Shown piece by piece: positions 42,098 to 52,348 of a stretch of 64,000 nt of DNA. The DNA comes from Candidatus Marinacidobacterales bacterium (lineage in GTDB: Bacteria; Acidobacteriota; Vicinamibacteria; Marinacidobacterales; SMYC01), in contig OZ250169.1 in assembly GCA_965237955.1 (NCBI GenBank), positions 6,208,001-6,272,000 of the forward strand, in the 5' to 3' direction. The notes under the pieces were generated by a model. The model saw nothing but the letters and a program-made list of their open reading frames with translations. It was not told where the DNA came from and ran no database searches. Position numbers and translations under genes: made by a program. Every line of letters begins with the position of its first letter. The stretch's first letter is position 1.

Positions 42098-43593
42098 CTA
42101 GGTGCCGCCCAGGGCGTCCTTCATCACGTCGTGTACGTGGGTGTTGTCGTAGATGCCCCGCAGTCCCTCCGCTCCGGGTCCGCGTCCGAAAGTCAGCATC
42201 GGCGCTCCGTGGTGTGTCCGCCGGTCGACCACACGACAAACGTGTGACGGGCGAGGGCGCGGCCAAGCAGGCACGCGGGGTTGCTTTCCGTATCGCCGTA
42301 GAAGTGGCGGAAATCCTCTATCCACGCGTTCCCTTCGGAATCTCTCACCAACGCCTCACGAGCCTCTTCCATCGTCATCGACAAACTGGTGTGCTCACGA
42401 ACCGTCTCGATGAGGCGCTCGGGTGAGCCCGCTGCCTTTGCCAGCATGTAACCGAACGAGGCCGATTGGTTACGCAAGAGCTCGAGGTGACGTCTTTCCG
42501 GATAACGATGATCCGGGTGGTACGACAGACCGCTCGGTAGCGCTTGCCATTCGGGCTGCCCGTCGAAGTCTCCGTAGGTAAACGTAAACCCACCGGTCCC
42601 GTGGTCCGCGGTCACGATGACGAGCGTCTCCGGATGCGCGCGTTGGAAGTCGATACCTGCGCCGAGTGCGGCGTCGAAATCGAGGATCTCGTTCAGCATC
42701 GCCCCTGCGTCGTTGTCGTGCCCGCCGTAGTCGATACGACCCCCTTCGACCATCAGGAAGAAGCCGGCCTCCGAGCGAGAGAGCACTTCTAGCGCCGCTT
42801 GCGTCGAGTCCTTCAGGCTCGGCACGCCATCGAGCCCCAGGTTGCGGGTGTCGACGACGTACGGCACATGGGACGCGGCAAACAGACCGAGAAGCTTCTT
42901 CGCATCTCGAGACGCTCGTGCGAGTGAGTGACGGTCAGAGACGATCGTGTATCCTCGCTCCTTCGCCTCGGCGATGCGATCGAGCTCGTCGAGACGGTGA
43001 GAGCCGCCGTCGAGCTCTCGGGGGATGTCTGGCAGAAACTCGGACACGCGGCGGCCGTTCGGTATGAGCGCTCGCGCTCCGCCACCGAGGAGCACGTCGA
43101 CGTCATGCTCGAACACCACCTGATCCAAAATGACGGGTTCCGACTCGTAGCGGGAGATGACGTGCGCAGCGAAGCCGCCGGGCGTCGCATGGGATAGAAG
43201 CATGTTCGTTACCAGCCCTGTCGCCAACCCCCGGCCCTCGGCCCACTCCAGGATCGTTTCCGTTCGATAGCCGGACGGACTCAGGCCCAATGTCCCATTC
43301 CTCGCCTTGATCCCGGTGGCGAGCTGCGAGGCGGCGGCGGCCGAATCGGTGACTTGGCTTCCGTACGCGCTCGCGAGCGCGTAGCCGGTGTTGCCGTCTT
43401 TCATCAGCCGCTCCAGGTTCAGCTCACTACCCTCCACCATGCGTGCGTATCGGATGCCGAGCGCCATTTGCCCTGCGCCCAAACCGTCACCGATGAAAAG
43501 AATGACGTTCTTCGCGCGGGCATCCTCTTCGGCGCTCGTCGCGGTGACAGCGCGAAACAGACAAACCAGAAACATCATCGAACGCAGTTTCAC
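42098..43593 (-). CDS. Alkaline phosphatase; frameshift near 42200
   Basis: NVILFIGDG, VTDSAAAA, HATP, MVEGGRID, VTADH, GGHT; C-terminus GIYDNTHV in another frame. Confidence 0.9.
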
Positions 43594-43674
43594 ATCTCCT
43601 CCTTGACCACTAGTGTGCCCGCGCGATGATACCTTCTTGCCGGCCGAGCGGCGACTTCGCTACAATCTCGCTCG

Positions 43675-44730
43675 CTAGGAATCGAGGTCGTTGATCGCGT
43701 CGATGAGCTGTCGCAGCCGCCCGAAGTCTTTCCGGTTGAAATCGAGCTCGATACGGCCCGGACGATGCAAGTCCGTGCCCACATCTTCCGGTAGCGGTTG
43801 CGTGCGCGCGATCGCTCCCGAGCGCAGGATGTCGGCAAAGCGATCGTTCAACGACGCGATCTCGTCATCGGTCACTTCTCGCTCGAGGCGAATGAGAAGC
43901 TTGTTGCCGACGTAGCGAGACGAGTGGTACACCCGATAGAAGCGCAGCACTTCTTTACAAGCTTGCTCAGGTTTTTTGACGATTCGGTAGAGCGCTTGGT
44001 CCTGTTCCGAGATCAAACCGTTCCCGAGCATGCGCGCTTCGATGAACCGCACCAGATCCTTGAAGTAGCCGGTCTCGGGACTCTCGACCATCACCACCGG
44101 AAGCGGCGTCTGCTTGCCGGTCTGCAGCAACGTCAGCACTTCGAAGCACTCGTCGAGGGTGCCGAACCCGCCGGGAAACAACGTCACCGCGTGCGATTCC
44201 TTCAGCAAGAACAACTTCCGTGTGAAGAAATAGCGGAAGTTCATGAGCTTCTTGTCGCCGCGAATCGTCTCGTTGGCCTTCTGCTCGAACGGAAGCTTGA
44301 TATTCACACCGATACTGAGATTGCGTCCCGCGCCTTCGTGAGCCGCACCCATGATGCCGCTTCCGGCTCCGGTGACTACCATCCACCCGGCGTCCGCCAT
44401 GAGCTTTCCGTACTCGAGAGCACGAGCGTGGTCCGCGTGGGAAGCCTCGGTACGTGCCGAGCCGAAAACCGTCACTTTCCGAGCCTGTCGAAACGGCGTG
44501 AACACTTTGAAAGCGTGCCGCATCTCTTTCAATGCGGCGTTCGCGATCTTGAGGTCGATGCGCTTGGCGCAGTCGATGCCAAGGCGCAGCGCCGTCACCG
44601 CGATCTCCTGAACGTATCGTCGCTCGGCGTCGATACAACACTGGTTTACCAGTTCTTGGAGCTTCTGATCGAGCTCGGGATCGCCCGTCGACGATCGTGA
44701 GGCGGACGCTAGCTTCGTTTTCTGATTCAT
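43675..44730 (-). CDS. LOG family (TIGR00730-like) nucleotide nucleosidase
   Basis: VFGSART, YFFTRK, PGGFGTLDE. Confidence 0.9.
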   Translation of the reverse strand: MNQKTKLASASRSSTGDPELDQKLQELVNQCCIDAERRYVQEIAVTALRLGIDCAKRIDLKIANAALKEMRHAFKVFTPFRQARKVTVFGSARTEASHADHARALEYGKLMADAGWMVVTGAGSGIMGAAHEGAGRNLSIGVNIKLPFEQKANETIRGDKKLMNFRYFFTRKLFLLKESHAVTLFPGGFGTLDECFEVLTLLQTGKQTPLPVVMVESPETGYFKDLVRFIEARMLGNGLISEQDQALYRIVKKPEQACKEVLRFYRVYHSSRYVGNKLLIRLEREVTDDEIASLNDRFADILRSGAIARTQPLPEDVGTDLHRPGRIELDFNRKDFGRLRQLIDAINDLDS

Positions 44731-44773
44731 GAGTCGATCATAGCAAACGCAGTTGCGCGCTCACCGAAGCGGC

Positions 44774-46135
44774 TCACAACCAGATGTAGCGCACCAAAAA
44801 AAACAGCGCGACCACGTGAACCGGCCAATGAAGCTCCCGGTGCCGGCCGCTCACGAGGTAGAGGGCCGAAGTCGAGATAAATCCGAACGCGATACCTTCG
44901 GTAATGCTGGTGGTAAGCGGCATCATGATCGCCGTCAGAAACGCGGGGATCGCCTGGTGAGGTGCCGACCAGTCGATCTTCCCGACGGATACCATCATGA
45001 ACACGCCGACGAGGATGAGCGCCGGCGCGAGTGTGGGATAGAGGGTCACCCCGTCCCCTGCGTCGAAGCGCCCCCCGACGACCTGAAGAAGCGGAAAGAA
45101 AAAGACCGAAACGGCGAACAAGCTCGCGGTCACGATCGAGGTAAGCCCGGTGCGGCCTCCGGCAGCGACGCCGGCGGCGCTCTCCACGTAGCTGGTGACG
45201 GTGGACGTACCGAAGAAGCCTCCCGCGACCGAGCCGGCCGCATCCGCGAGGAACGCCTCCCGTGCTTTCGGAAGCTGGCCGCCTATTGTGAGACCCGCGC
45301 GTTCGCTCACCCCAATCAACGTTCCGACGGTGTCGAACAGATCCACGAAAAGAATCACGAAGACCACGGCGAAGATTTCGCGCTGGCGAAACAGACCCCG
45401 GAAGTCCGCAGCGAAAAAGTCGGCGCCCATGGAATCGGGGAGCCCGATGATCCCCTGGAACTCGCTCTGACCTGTGAGCACCGCGACCACCGTCGATGCG
45501 AGAATCCCAAAAACGAGTGCCGCAGGAACACGTAACACCGTCAGCACCGACATCACCGTGAGACCGAAGAGCGTTAGAAGCGCCGCCGAGCTTCCGAGGT
45601 CGCCGAGGCCGATGTAAGTACCAGGCGCGGCGACAACAATACCTCCCCAGCGAAGACCCACCAGCGCAATGAGGAGGCCGATCCCGACGCCCATGCTCGT
45701 CTTCAAGTGATCTGGGATCCACTCGATCAACCGTGCCCGCAACCTCCACACCGACGCCAGCATGAAGAGGCCGCCCGCGACCACGACTGCTGCCAGCGCC
45801 TCGTGCGCCGTATAGCCGTAGCCACCCATCGCGACCGGGCCACAGATGGTGAAGGCAAAAAAGAAGTTCTGCCCCATGCCAGGAGCGAGAGCGATGGGGT
45901 AATTGGCGCTTACGGCCATCCACAACGTCGCAAACGCCGATGCGAGGCAGGTCGCGAATATCACCGCGCCCGGATCCATCCCGGTAGTGGTCAGCACCGC
46001 CGGGTTGACGAGAATGATGTAGCACATGGCCATGTAGGAGGTCACGCCGGCCAGAAGCTCTGTCTTGACGGAGCTTCCTCGCTCTTGGATCCTGAAGGTC
46101 CTTTCTAGCCAAGGGATTAGGGAGTTGTCACTCAT
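44774..46135 (-). CDS. NCS2 family purine permease (AzgA/PbuG-like)
   Basis: MCYIILVNP, LAPGMG, DLFDTVGTL, TSYVESAAGVAAGGRTGL. Confidence 0.93.
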   Translation of the reverse strand: MSDNSLIPWLERTFRIQERGSSVKTELLAGVTSYMAMCYIILVNPAVLTTTGMDPGAVIFATCLASAFATLWMAVSANYPIALAPGMGQNFFFAFTICGPVAMGGYGYTAHEALAAVVVAGGLFMLASVWRLRARLIEWIPDHLKTSMGVGIGLLIALVGLRWGGIVVAAPGTYIGLGDLGSSAALLTLFGLTVMSVLTVLRVPAALVFGILASTVVAVLTGQSEFQGIIGLPDSMGADFFAADFRGLFRQREIFAVVFVILFVDLFDTVGTLIGVSERAGLTIGGQLPKAREAFLADAAGSVAGGFFGTSTVTSYVESAAGVAAGGRTGLTSIVTASLFAVSVFFFPLLQVVGGRFDAGDGVTLYPTLAPALILVGVFMMVSVGKIDWSAPHQAIPAFLTAIMMPLTTSITEGIAFGFISTSALYLVSGRHRELHWPVHVVALFFLVRYIWL

Positions 46136-46210
46136 TGTGCTAATATGTATTGTTTGTGGTGGACGAGGGTATGCTGCTCGGCTCTCTCGACTTCCTTCAA
46201 GGAGGATTCA

Positions 46211-46480
46211 GTGGCTCATAGTCTTTCCGCTATCAAGCGGGTGCGGCAGAACGAGAAGCACCGCCTACGTAACCGCGCCGACCGGACGCGGCTGCGGACT
46301 CAGATCAAGAAGCTTCGACAAGCCATCGACGCCAACAAAGCCGAAGAGGCGCAAAAGCTCATGCCCGAGACCATCTCGCTCATCGACGTCATGGTCAAGA
46401 AAGGCGTGCTTCACGACAACACCGGAAGCCGCTACAAATCTCGACTCAACCGCCGACTTGTCGCCCTGTCGGCGAGTTGA
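46211..46480 (+). CDS. rpsT: 30S ribosomal protein S20
   Basis: MAHSLSAIKRVRQNEKHRLRN...KKGVLHDN...KSRL; AGGAGG RBS. Confidence 0.95.
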   Translation: MAHSLSAIKRVRQNEKHRLRNRADRTRLRTQIKKLRQAIDANKAEEAQKLMPETISLIDVMVKKGVLHDNTGSRYKSRLNRRLVALSAS

Positions 46481-47510
46481 CGCCCCGACCTCGCGCACAG
46501 AGCGATATCGTCAAACTCTCCAGCACCAGTCGTGCCGGGAGCTCGCTGGATTTGAGGATGCGATCCGTGTCCGCGAGTCTGCGAAGGGCGTTGGCCAGGC
46601 CGGCGCGATCGAATCGTCGCGCGGCCTCGGAAAGGCCCTTGACCGCGTATGGCGGAACCCCCAGAATGCGCGCCAGGTTCGCCCCACCGCGTCCACCTGA
46701 CGAGCTGGCTTGAACCTCCTTGGTCACTCTGAGCTGTCCAAAGAGACGATCGACGAGTGCGAGGATTTTGAGGGGAGGCTCCCCTTCCTCGAGCAATCGC
46801 CCGAGCTGTCGCAGCGCTTGCGCGGAGTTTCCCGCACCGACAGCATCGACGAACTTGAAGATGCTTTGAGCTTTCCCCCGCCCGAGAACGGTAGCAATCG
46901 TCTCGAGATCCATTTTCTTTCCGCCGCTCGGCAGGCTGGGCAAGCTGTACAGCGAGAGCTTCTCGAGCTCGTTTAGGAGCCGTCTGAGATCGGTGCCGAA
47001 CTCCGCGACGAGATAGCGGACGGCGTCGCGACCGAGTGGCAACTCCCGCTGAAAAGCTTGTTCTAAGACCCACTCTTCGAGCTCGACGGATTTCGGCGCA
47101 TCGCAGGAAACGACCGTCGTCGTTTTCTCTACCTGTTTCCACGCCTTCCGCCGCTTGTCGGGCGTTTTCGAAAGCTCGAGAACGAGAATCGTCGAAGGCG
47201 ACGGATTCCCGATGTAGCCCTGAAGCTCTTCCGATTTTTCCAGAAGCTTCTGGGCGCGCTTCACCACGACGACGCGACATCCGCCCAACATCGGGAGCAG
47301 GTTCGCGGCCATCGCCACGTGCGCGCCGTCTGAGTCTTCGCCGTCGAACCGCTCGTAGTTGAACGGCGTCCTTTCACCGTCCACAGCACTCTCGGTGAGC
47401 GCGTTCACGGCGAGCTCGCGTAGGAGATCTTGACTCCCTATTACGACGTAGACGGGGTCGAGCTTGCCGTTTTTGAGATGTTGCGGAAGCTTGTAATAAG
47501 AAAGCTTCAT
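46446..47510 (-). CDS. holA: DNA polymerase III subunit delta
   Basis: PVYVVIG, LPMLGG, LLNELEKL, SIFKFVDA; leuS-lptE-holA synteny. Confidence 0.9.
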   Translation of the reverse strand: MKLSYYKLPQHLKNGKLDPVYVVIGSQDLLRELAVNALTESAVDGERTPFNYERFDGEDSDGAHVAMAANLLPMLGGCRVVVVKRAQKLLEKSEELQGYIGNPSPSTILVLELSKTPDKRRKAWKQVEKTTTVVSCDAPKSVELEEWVLEQAFQRELPLGRDAVRYLVAEFGTDLRRLLNELEKLSLYSLPSLPSGGKKMDLETIATVLGRGKAQSIFKFVDAVGAGNSAQALRQLGRLLEEGEPPLKILALVDRLFGQLRVTKEVQASSSGGRGGANLARILGVPPYAVKGLSEAARRFDRAGLANALRRLADTDRILKSSELPARLVLESLTISLCARGRGVNSPTGRQVGG

Positions 47511-47515
47511 GAAAA

Positions 47516-48070
47516 TCAGAAAGCTTCGAGGATGCTGCTTACGAGCGACTTCGCGAACTCTTCGGCGAGCCGTTGTAGCGTCAAACCTTCTTGATCGAAA
47601 AACTCTTCCGGATCTTCTCCGATCTCGTAGTCGTCGCGAAACTGGAAGCTGTTACTGGACCAGATCACGTCGTCCTGCACGAGGTCTTTGAACTCCACCT
47701 GGGCCCGCACGACCACGGTGTAGGTGGCGGCCTGGTTCGCGTCGCCGACGTTGCCACCACCTTCCAACACCGATGGTGCCGACGTCAGGGAAAGCACCAC
47801 GCCATGCATCACCGCGTCGGCGCCCGCCTCCTCCGCTTGAATCTTGTACTTCCCGCGAGAGTTGAACTCTTCGACCACCTTGAGCGTGAAGAGCTCTTCG
47901 ACCTCGATCTGGTCGCTTCGGTTCTCGAACGTCGGGATGGCAATGACCGCGATATAGTCCGGCAGAAAGTTTCCGCGCCCGGCAAGACTGTAGCCGCAGC
48001 CGGACATGCCTAACAGGCCCAGCAAGCCCAGCAGCGAGACCAACATGCACGCGACAACGAGGCTCCTCAT
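47516..48070 (-). CDS. lptE: LptE family lipoprotein
   Basis: SG-CGY lipobox, IAIPTFENRS; located between leuS and holA. Confidence 0.85.
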   Translation of the reverse strand: MRSLVVACMLVSLLGLLGLLGMSGCGYSLAGRGNFLPDYIAVIAIPTFENRSDQIEVEELFTLKVVEEFNSRGKYKIQAEEAGADAVMHGVVLSLTSAPSVLEGGGNVGDANQAATYTVVVRAQVEFKDLVQDDVIWSSNSFQFRDDYEIGEDPEEFFDQEGLTLQRLAEEFAKSLVSSILEAF

Positions 48071-50589
48071 CCGTCTGGCTCCTGTGCGAGCGCATCGAAA
48101 ACGACGACGTTGACGAGCCGGTTCGGCACGACGACCACCCGGCGCACCTCTTTGCCGTCGATGAGCCCTTTGATCTTCTCGTCCCCGAGCGCGAGGCGCT
48201 TCACTTCGTCCTCTTCCTGATTCACGGGCAAGGAAAGCCGACTACGCACTTTTCCGTTCACTTGGACGACGAGCGTCACTGTGTCTTCGGTGGCGATCTC
48301 ACGGTCGTAGCCCGGCCAGGTTGTCGCGGTGAGCCCCTTACGGTTTCCAAGGCTTTGCCACATCTCCTCCGCGATGTGCGGCGCGAACGGATTCAACAGA
48401 AGGACGACCGCTTCCGTGGCTTCCCGTATCGCCTTCCACGTATCCGAGCGGTACGGCCGCGGCTCGATCGCTTTATAGAGCTCGTTCACGAGCTCCATGA
48501 TGGCGGCGATGGCGGTGTTCAAGTGCAACCGCTCTTCGATGTCCCTGGTCACTTTCCGGATCGTTTGGTGTGTCTTCCGACGGAGCGCGACTTCGAGCTC
48601 GTTCCACTCCTCGTTTCCTTCCATTGGAGACGCGGACTTCAATGCGTCCGACTCGTTGGCAACGAACCGCCACACGCGCTGGAGAAACCGCGAAGGTCCC
48701 TCGAGGCGTTGGTCGGTCCAATTGACTTCCTTCTCCGGCGGGGCCTCGAACAGCACGTACATTCGAGTGGTGTCGGCTCCGTAGCGGGCGATGACTTCGT
48801 CCGGCTCGACGATATTGCCCTTGTTTTTGGACATCTTCGCGCCGTCTTTGATCACCATGCCCTGTGAGAGCTGAGTTGCCACCGGCTCGTCGATGTCGAC
48901 GAGACCGAGATCTCGCATCATCTTCGTCCAGAACCGACAGTACGTCAGATGCAGAATCGCGTGCTCGATCCCGCCGATATAGAGGTCGATCGGAAACCAG
49001 TATTTGACGACATCGGAGCGGAACGGCATCTCCGAGTACTTCGGGTCGCAGTAGCGATAGAAGTACCACGACGAGTCCACGAAGGTATCCATGGTGTCGG
49101 TTTCACGACGAGCGGTCCCGCCGCACTCCGGACACGTGGTTTTCATGAACGCTTCGTTCTCGCTGAGCGCGGACTCGCCTTTGCCGGTGATATTCACGTC
49201 GCGCGGGAGGATGACCGGAAGATCCTCCTCGCGAACCGGCACAATCCCGCACGCCTCGCAGTGCACCATGGGTATCGGCGTACCCCAATAGCGTTGCCGG
49301 GAGATACCCCAGTCGCGAATCTTGTACGTCACCGCTGTTTTGCCGAAGCCTTCGTTCTCAGCATGCGCGGCCATCGTCTCCAGGGCTTCTTTGGACGGAA
49401 GACCGGTGAACTGGCCCGAATCCACGACGGTACCGTAGTCGGAGAACGCGGCGGCGAGGGTTTCTGAGCTCGCGTCTCCATCCTGGGTTTGGATCACGAC
49501 ACGGATGGGAAGATCGTATTTCTTCGCGAACGCGAAATCTCTTTCATCGTGAGCGGGCACAGCCATGACCGCGCCGGTCCCGTAGTCCATCAACACGTAA
49601 TCAGCGACCCAGATGGGAACTTTCTCGCCCGTGAACGGATTGACCGCGTCATGACCGGTTGCGATTCCTGTTTTCGCGCGGTCGTCCGCGAGGCGGTTTT
49701 CTTTGTCTTCCGACTTCGCTTTTTGGATGTAGGCGGCGAGCTCGGCGTGCGAGCTCGCGAAACGCTCGGCGAGCGGGTGCTCGGGTGCGAGCACTACGAA
49801 CGTTGCACCGTAGATGGTGTCGAGTCTGGTGGTGAAGACGCGGATCGCGTCGTCCCTATCGGTGCCATCGGCGCTATCGGCGAGAGAGAAGTCGATCTCG
49901 GCGCCTTCCGAGCGGCCAATCCAATTTTGTTGGAGCGTCAGGACCGTCGCCGGCCATCCCTCCAAGGTCTCCATCGCCTGGAGGAGCTCGTCAGCGTAAT
50001 TCGTGATCCGGAGAAACCACTGTTCGAGCTCTTTGGGAACCACTTCGGCATCGCACCGCCAACAGCGCCCATCGATCACTTGCTCGTTGGCGAGCACGGT
50101 TCTGTCGATGGGACACCAGTTCACAGCCGCCTTTTTTCGGTAGGCGAGGTTCTTCTTCCACATCTGGATGAAGAACCACTGATTCCACCGGTAGTACTCC
50201 GGGTCGCACGTCGCAAACTCCCGCTCCCATGCGTACGAAAAGCCCAACCGTCGGAGCTGGGTCTTCATGTGCTCGATATTCGATCGAGTCCAATCCTCCG
50301 GATGCTCGCCGTGTTTGAGGGCGGCGTTTTCCGCAGGCAAACCGAGCGCGTCCCACCCGATGGGATGAAGCACATTGAATCCGCGCATCTTCTTGAAGCG
50401 CGCGACGACATCTCCAATGGAGTAGTTGCGCACATGCCCCATATGGATTTTGCCCGACGGGTAGGGCAACATTTCGAGGCAGTAGTACTTCGGACGTTTC
50501 GGGTCTTCGGTGACTTCGAAGACCCGACTATCGAGCCATTTCTTCTGCCACTTGAGCTCGATCGCCTCGTGATCGTAGGGCTTGGTCAT
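48067..50589 (-). CDS. leuS: Leucine--tRNA ligase
   Basis: PYPSGKIHMGH, DWGISRQRYWG, KMSK, VVQVNGKVR. Confidence 0.97.
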   Translation of the reverse strand: MTKPYDHEAIELKWQKKWLDSRVFEVTEDPKRPKYYCLEMLPYPSGKIHMGHVRNYSIGDVVARFKKMRGFNVLHPIGWDALGLPAENAALKHGEHPEDWTRSNIEHMKTQLRRLGFSYAWEREFATCDPEYYRWNQWFFIQMWKKNLAYRKKAAVNWCPIDRTVLANEQVIDGRCWRCDAEVVPKELEQWFLRITNYADELLQAMETLEGWPATVLTLQQNWIGRSEGAEIDFSLADSADGTDRDDAIRVFTTRLDTIYGATFVVLAPEHPLAERFASSHAELAAYIQKAKSEDKENRLADDRAKTGIATGHDAVNPFTGEKVPIWVADYVLMDYGTGAVMAVPAHDERDFAFAKKYDLPIRVVIQTQDGDASSETLAAAFSDYGTVVDSGQFTGLPSKEALETMAAHAENEGFGKTAVTYKIRDWGISRQRYWGTPIPMVHCEACGIVPVREEDLPVILPRDVNITGKGESALSENEAFMKTTCPECGGTARRETDTMDTFVDSSWYFYRYCDPKYSEMPFRSDVVKYWFPIDLYIGGIEHAILHLTYCRFWTKMMRDLGLVDIDEPVATQLSQGMVIKDGAKMSKNKGNIVEPDEVIARYGADTTRMYVLFEAPPEKEVNWTDQRLEGPSRFLQRVWRFVANESDALKSASPMEGNEEWNELEVALRRKTHQTIRKVTRDIEERLHLNTAIAAIMELVNELYKAIEPRPYRSDTWKAIREATEAVVLLLNPFAPHIAEEMWQSLGNRKGLTATTWPGYDREIATEDTVTLVVQVNGKVRSRLSLPVNQEEDEVKRLALGDEKIKGLIDGKEVRRVVVVPNRLVNVVVFDALAQEPDG

Positions 50590-50628
50590 AGAAGTGCCAA
50601 TTCTAGCACGCAAAGATCCGTGCAGAAT

Positions 50629-50775
50629 GCGCCATCGGCCATAAGCCATAAGCCGTCAGCCATCAGCACGGTCGAGTTGCACGCGCTTCGACGCTACAGC
50701 GGCGGCTCCGTTTGCGCCGTCCTTGGCAAGGGCAGTTCCGTCCTGCTGATGGCTGATGGCTGATGGCCGCTGGCG
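50629..50775. repeat. Palindromic heptamer-repeat element
   Basis: (GCCATMA)n arm and (TGATGGC)n arm; shares GCCGTCAGCCATCAGCA..GGTCGAGTTG with the 10578 copy. Confidence 0.8.
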
Positions 50776-50906
50776 TAACTGAGCGTCCTCCGAAGGAGAC
50801 TCCAATCCAGGCCAACATCTCCCTACGGAGACAACCCGGCACTTGCCTGGATGGACCACAACAACTATCTGTCTTATTTTCAGTTAGTTACGGATCTGGC
50901 TCCTTT

Positions 50907-50921
50907 TGGCACTCGTTTTGC
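50907..50921 (+). promoter_or_regulatory. Sigma-54 promoter (consensus match)
   Basis: TGGCAC-TCGTT-TTGC with AT-rich IHF-like tract at about 50868-50890. Confidence 0.7.
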
Positions 50922-50932
50922 CTATGGATAGT

Positions 50933-51150
50933 CCGTGAAGTTGCAATAAGGCCTCGGCGTGGACGGGGCGGTCGAAGTATCGAGGCTGCTGGGATTGGGC
51001 TGGGATGCTTGTGGCTTAGGCGGCGGCGAGTGTAGCCAGGGTTCCCAGCACTTTCCTGGCATCATCGACTGCTTCGACAATCGTCTCGGATTGATACCGT
51101 GCCGGAGCAGGAGGGGCGATAGCTTACCGGCTATCGCCCCTCTCACCTTT
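50933..51150 (+). ncRNA. Candidate structured ncRNA
   Basis: Lies between the sigma-54 promoter and a 13-bp hairpin; nested long-range helices across 50955-51104; no convincing ORF. Confidence 0.5.
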
Positions 51151-51152
51151 CT
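51111..51152 (+). terminator. Intrinsic terminator-like hairpin
   Basis: GAGGGGCGATAGC-TTACCG-GCTATCGCCCCTC followed by TCACCTTTCT. Confidence 0.75.
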
Positions 51153-52295
51153 TCACTCGAGACTCTGGATCGCTTCCCGAATGGCCTGCGCCTGCTCCTC
51201 GTCCAACGGGAGCTCGAGCGCCGCCTTGAGCGTGGAACGAGCTTCGTCGGATCTATCGAGTCTCTCGAGAAGCGCAGCAAGGTTCAAAAACGCCGGGACG
51301 AACTGGGATCGTTTTCGGATCGCTTCCCGGTAGGCCGTCTCCGCGGCGACAACGTCGCCCATGGCCTCGCTCACGATCGCCAACGAGAACGAAGCCCCCT
51401 CGAAGTCGCGGTTGCGCTCCAGCAGGATTTCGAGCACTTCGCGCGCCTCCGCGTAGTCCTCCGTGTATTGCAGCGCGAGCGCGAGGTTGAAGCTCGCCTC
51501 GTCGTGTGGCTCGGGGCGCATCGTCAACGAGCGCAGAATCTCGATCGCGTCCGCGTACTTGCGCTGGGCCAGCTGAATCGTTCCCAGATTGAACCTGACA
51601 TCTTCGTTGGTGGGTCGTCGCTCGAGTGCCTGGATGAACGACTCCTCCGCCTCATCCAGATCTCCGAGCCGGAACGCGAGCGCACCCAGTGACATCAAGA
51701 TCTCGAAATTCTCAGTCGTCCCGTGAGACGCGTGGCGCAAGTTCTCCTGCGCGAGCTCGGTCTTTCCCTGCGCGACCTGCCACTCGGCCAAAGCGATATT
51801 CGCCTCCGGATGATCGCGATCGATCTCGAGAGCGGCCGCGAAAGCTTTCGCCGCGACGTCCTCCTCCCCTTGTTCGCGCGCCGCCCGCCCGAGAATGTAG
51901 TAGGCGTCTGGATCGGACGGCTCGCGTTCCAGAGCAAGCTCGACTTTCTGGCGCGCGGCTTTGAAGTTCCCCATCTCCACGTAGGCGATTGCCGCTTGAA
52001 TCAGGACCATGGGCTCTTTGAGACGCGTCTCGCGCCGCATGCCCATCATCCCGAGCGCGGCCTCGAGCTCCCTCGCCGCTTCCTGGTTGCGGCCGACCTT
52101 CAAGTACGCGAGCCCGAGATGATAACGATAGTCGGGAATGTCGGATTCGAGAGCTCGAGCCCGGGAAAGTAGATCGACCGCCTGTTCGTACTCGCCCGCG
52201 TTGTAGCGCTCGACTCCGGCGGCATAGAGCTCAGCCGGGTCATCCTGCGCAATCGTGCTCGTCAGAACACTAGCGAGGATGTACGCTGTCCACAC
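51153..52295 (-). CDS. Exported TPR-repeat protein
   Basis: Signal peptide, multiple TPR motifs. Confidence 0.88.
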   Translation of the reverse strand: MWTAYILASVLTSTIAQDDPAELYAAGVERYNAGEYEQAVDLLSRARALESDIPDYRYHLGLAYLKVGRNQEAARELEAALGMMGMRRETRLKEPMVLIQAAIAYVEMGNFKAARQKVELALEREPSDPDAYYILGRAAREQGEEDVAAKAFAAALEIDRDHPEANIALAEWQVAQGKTELAQENLRHASHGTTENFEILMSLGALAFRLGDLDEAEESFIQALERRPTNEDVRFNLGTIQLAQRKYADAIEILRSLTMRPEPHDEASFNLALALQYTEDYAEAREVLEILLERNRDFEGASFSLAIVSEAMGDVVAAETAYREAIRKRSQFVPAFLNLAALLERLDRSDEARSTLKAALELPLDEEQAQAIREAIQSLE

Positions 52296-52348
52296 CCGTC
52301 ACTATAGCGCAGGAAGCAGCACAGAGCGGCCTAGCCGGAACCAAGAAA

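Noticed and set aside
340-42210. Multiple frameshifts as programmed recoding or mass pseudogenisation
   Set aside because: Mostly isolated 1-nt indels, some in short homopolymers, in otherwise intact genes; long-read error is more parsimonious. Reads are needed to settle it.
46446-46480. rpsT/holA convergent 35-bp overlap
   Set aside because: Common gene arrangement; short 3' overlaps are unremarkable.
52305-52325. SRP RNA-like AGGAAGCAGC motif
   Set aside because: Lacks the CAGG..GGAA tetraloop stem; overlaps the promoter of the TPR gene.
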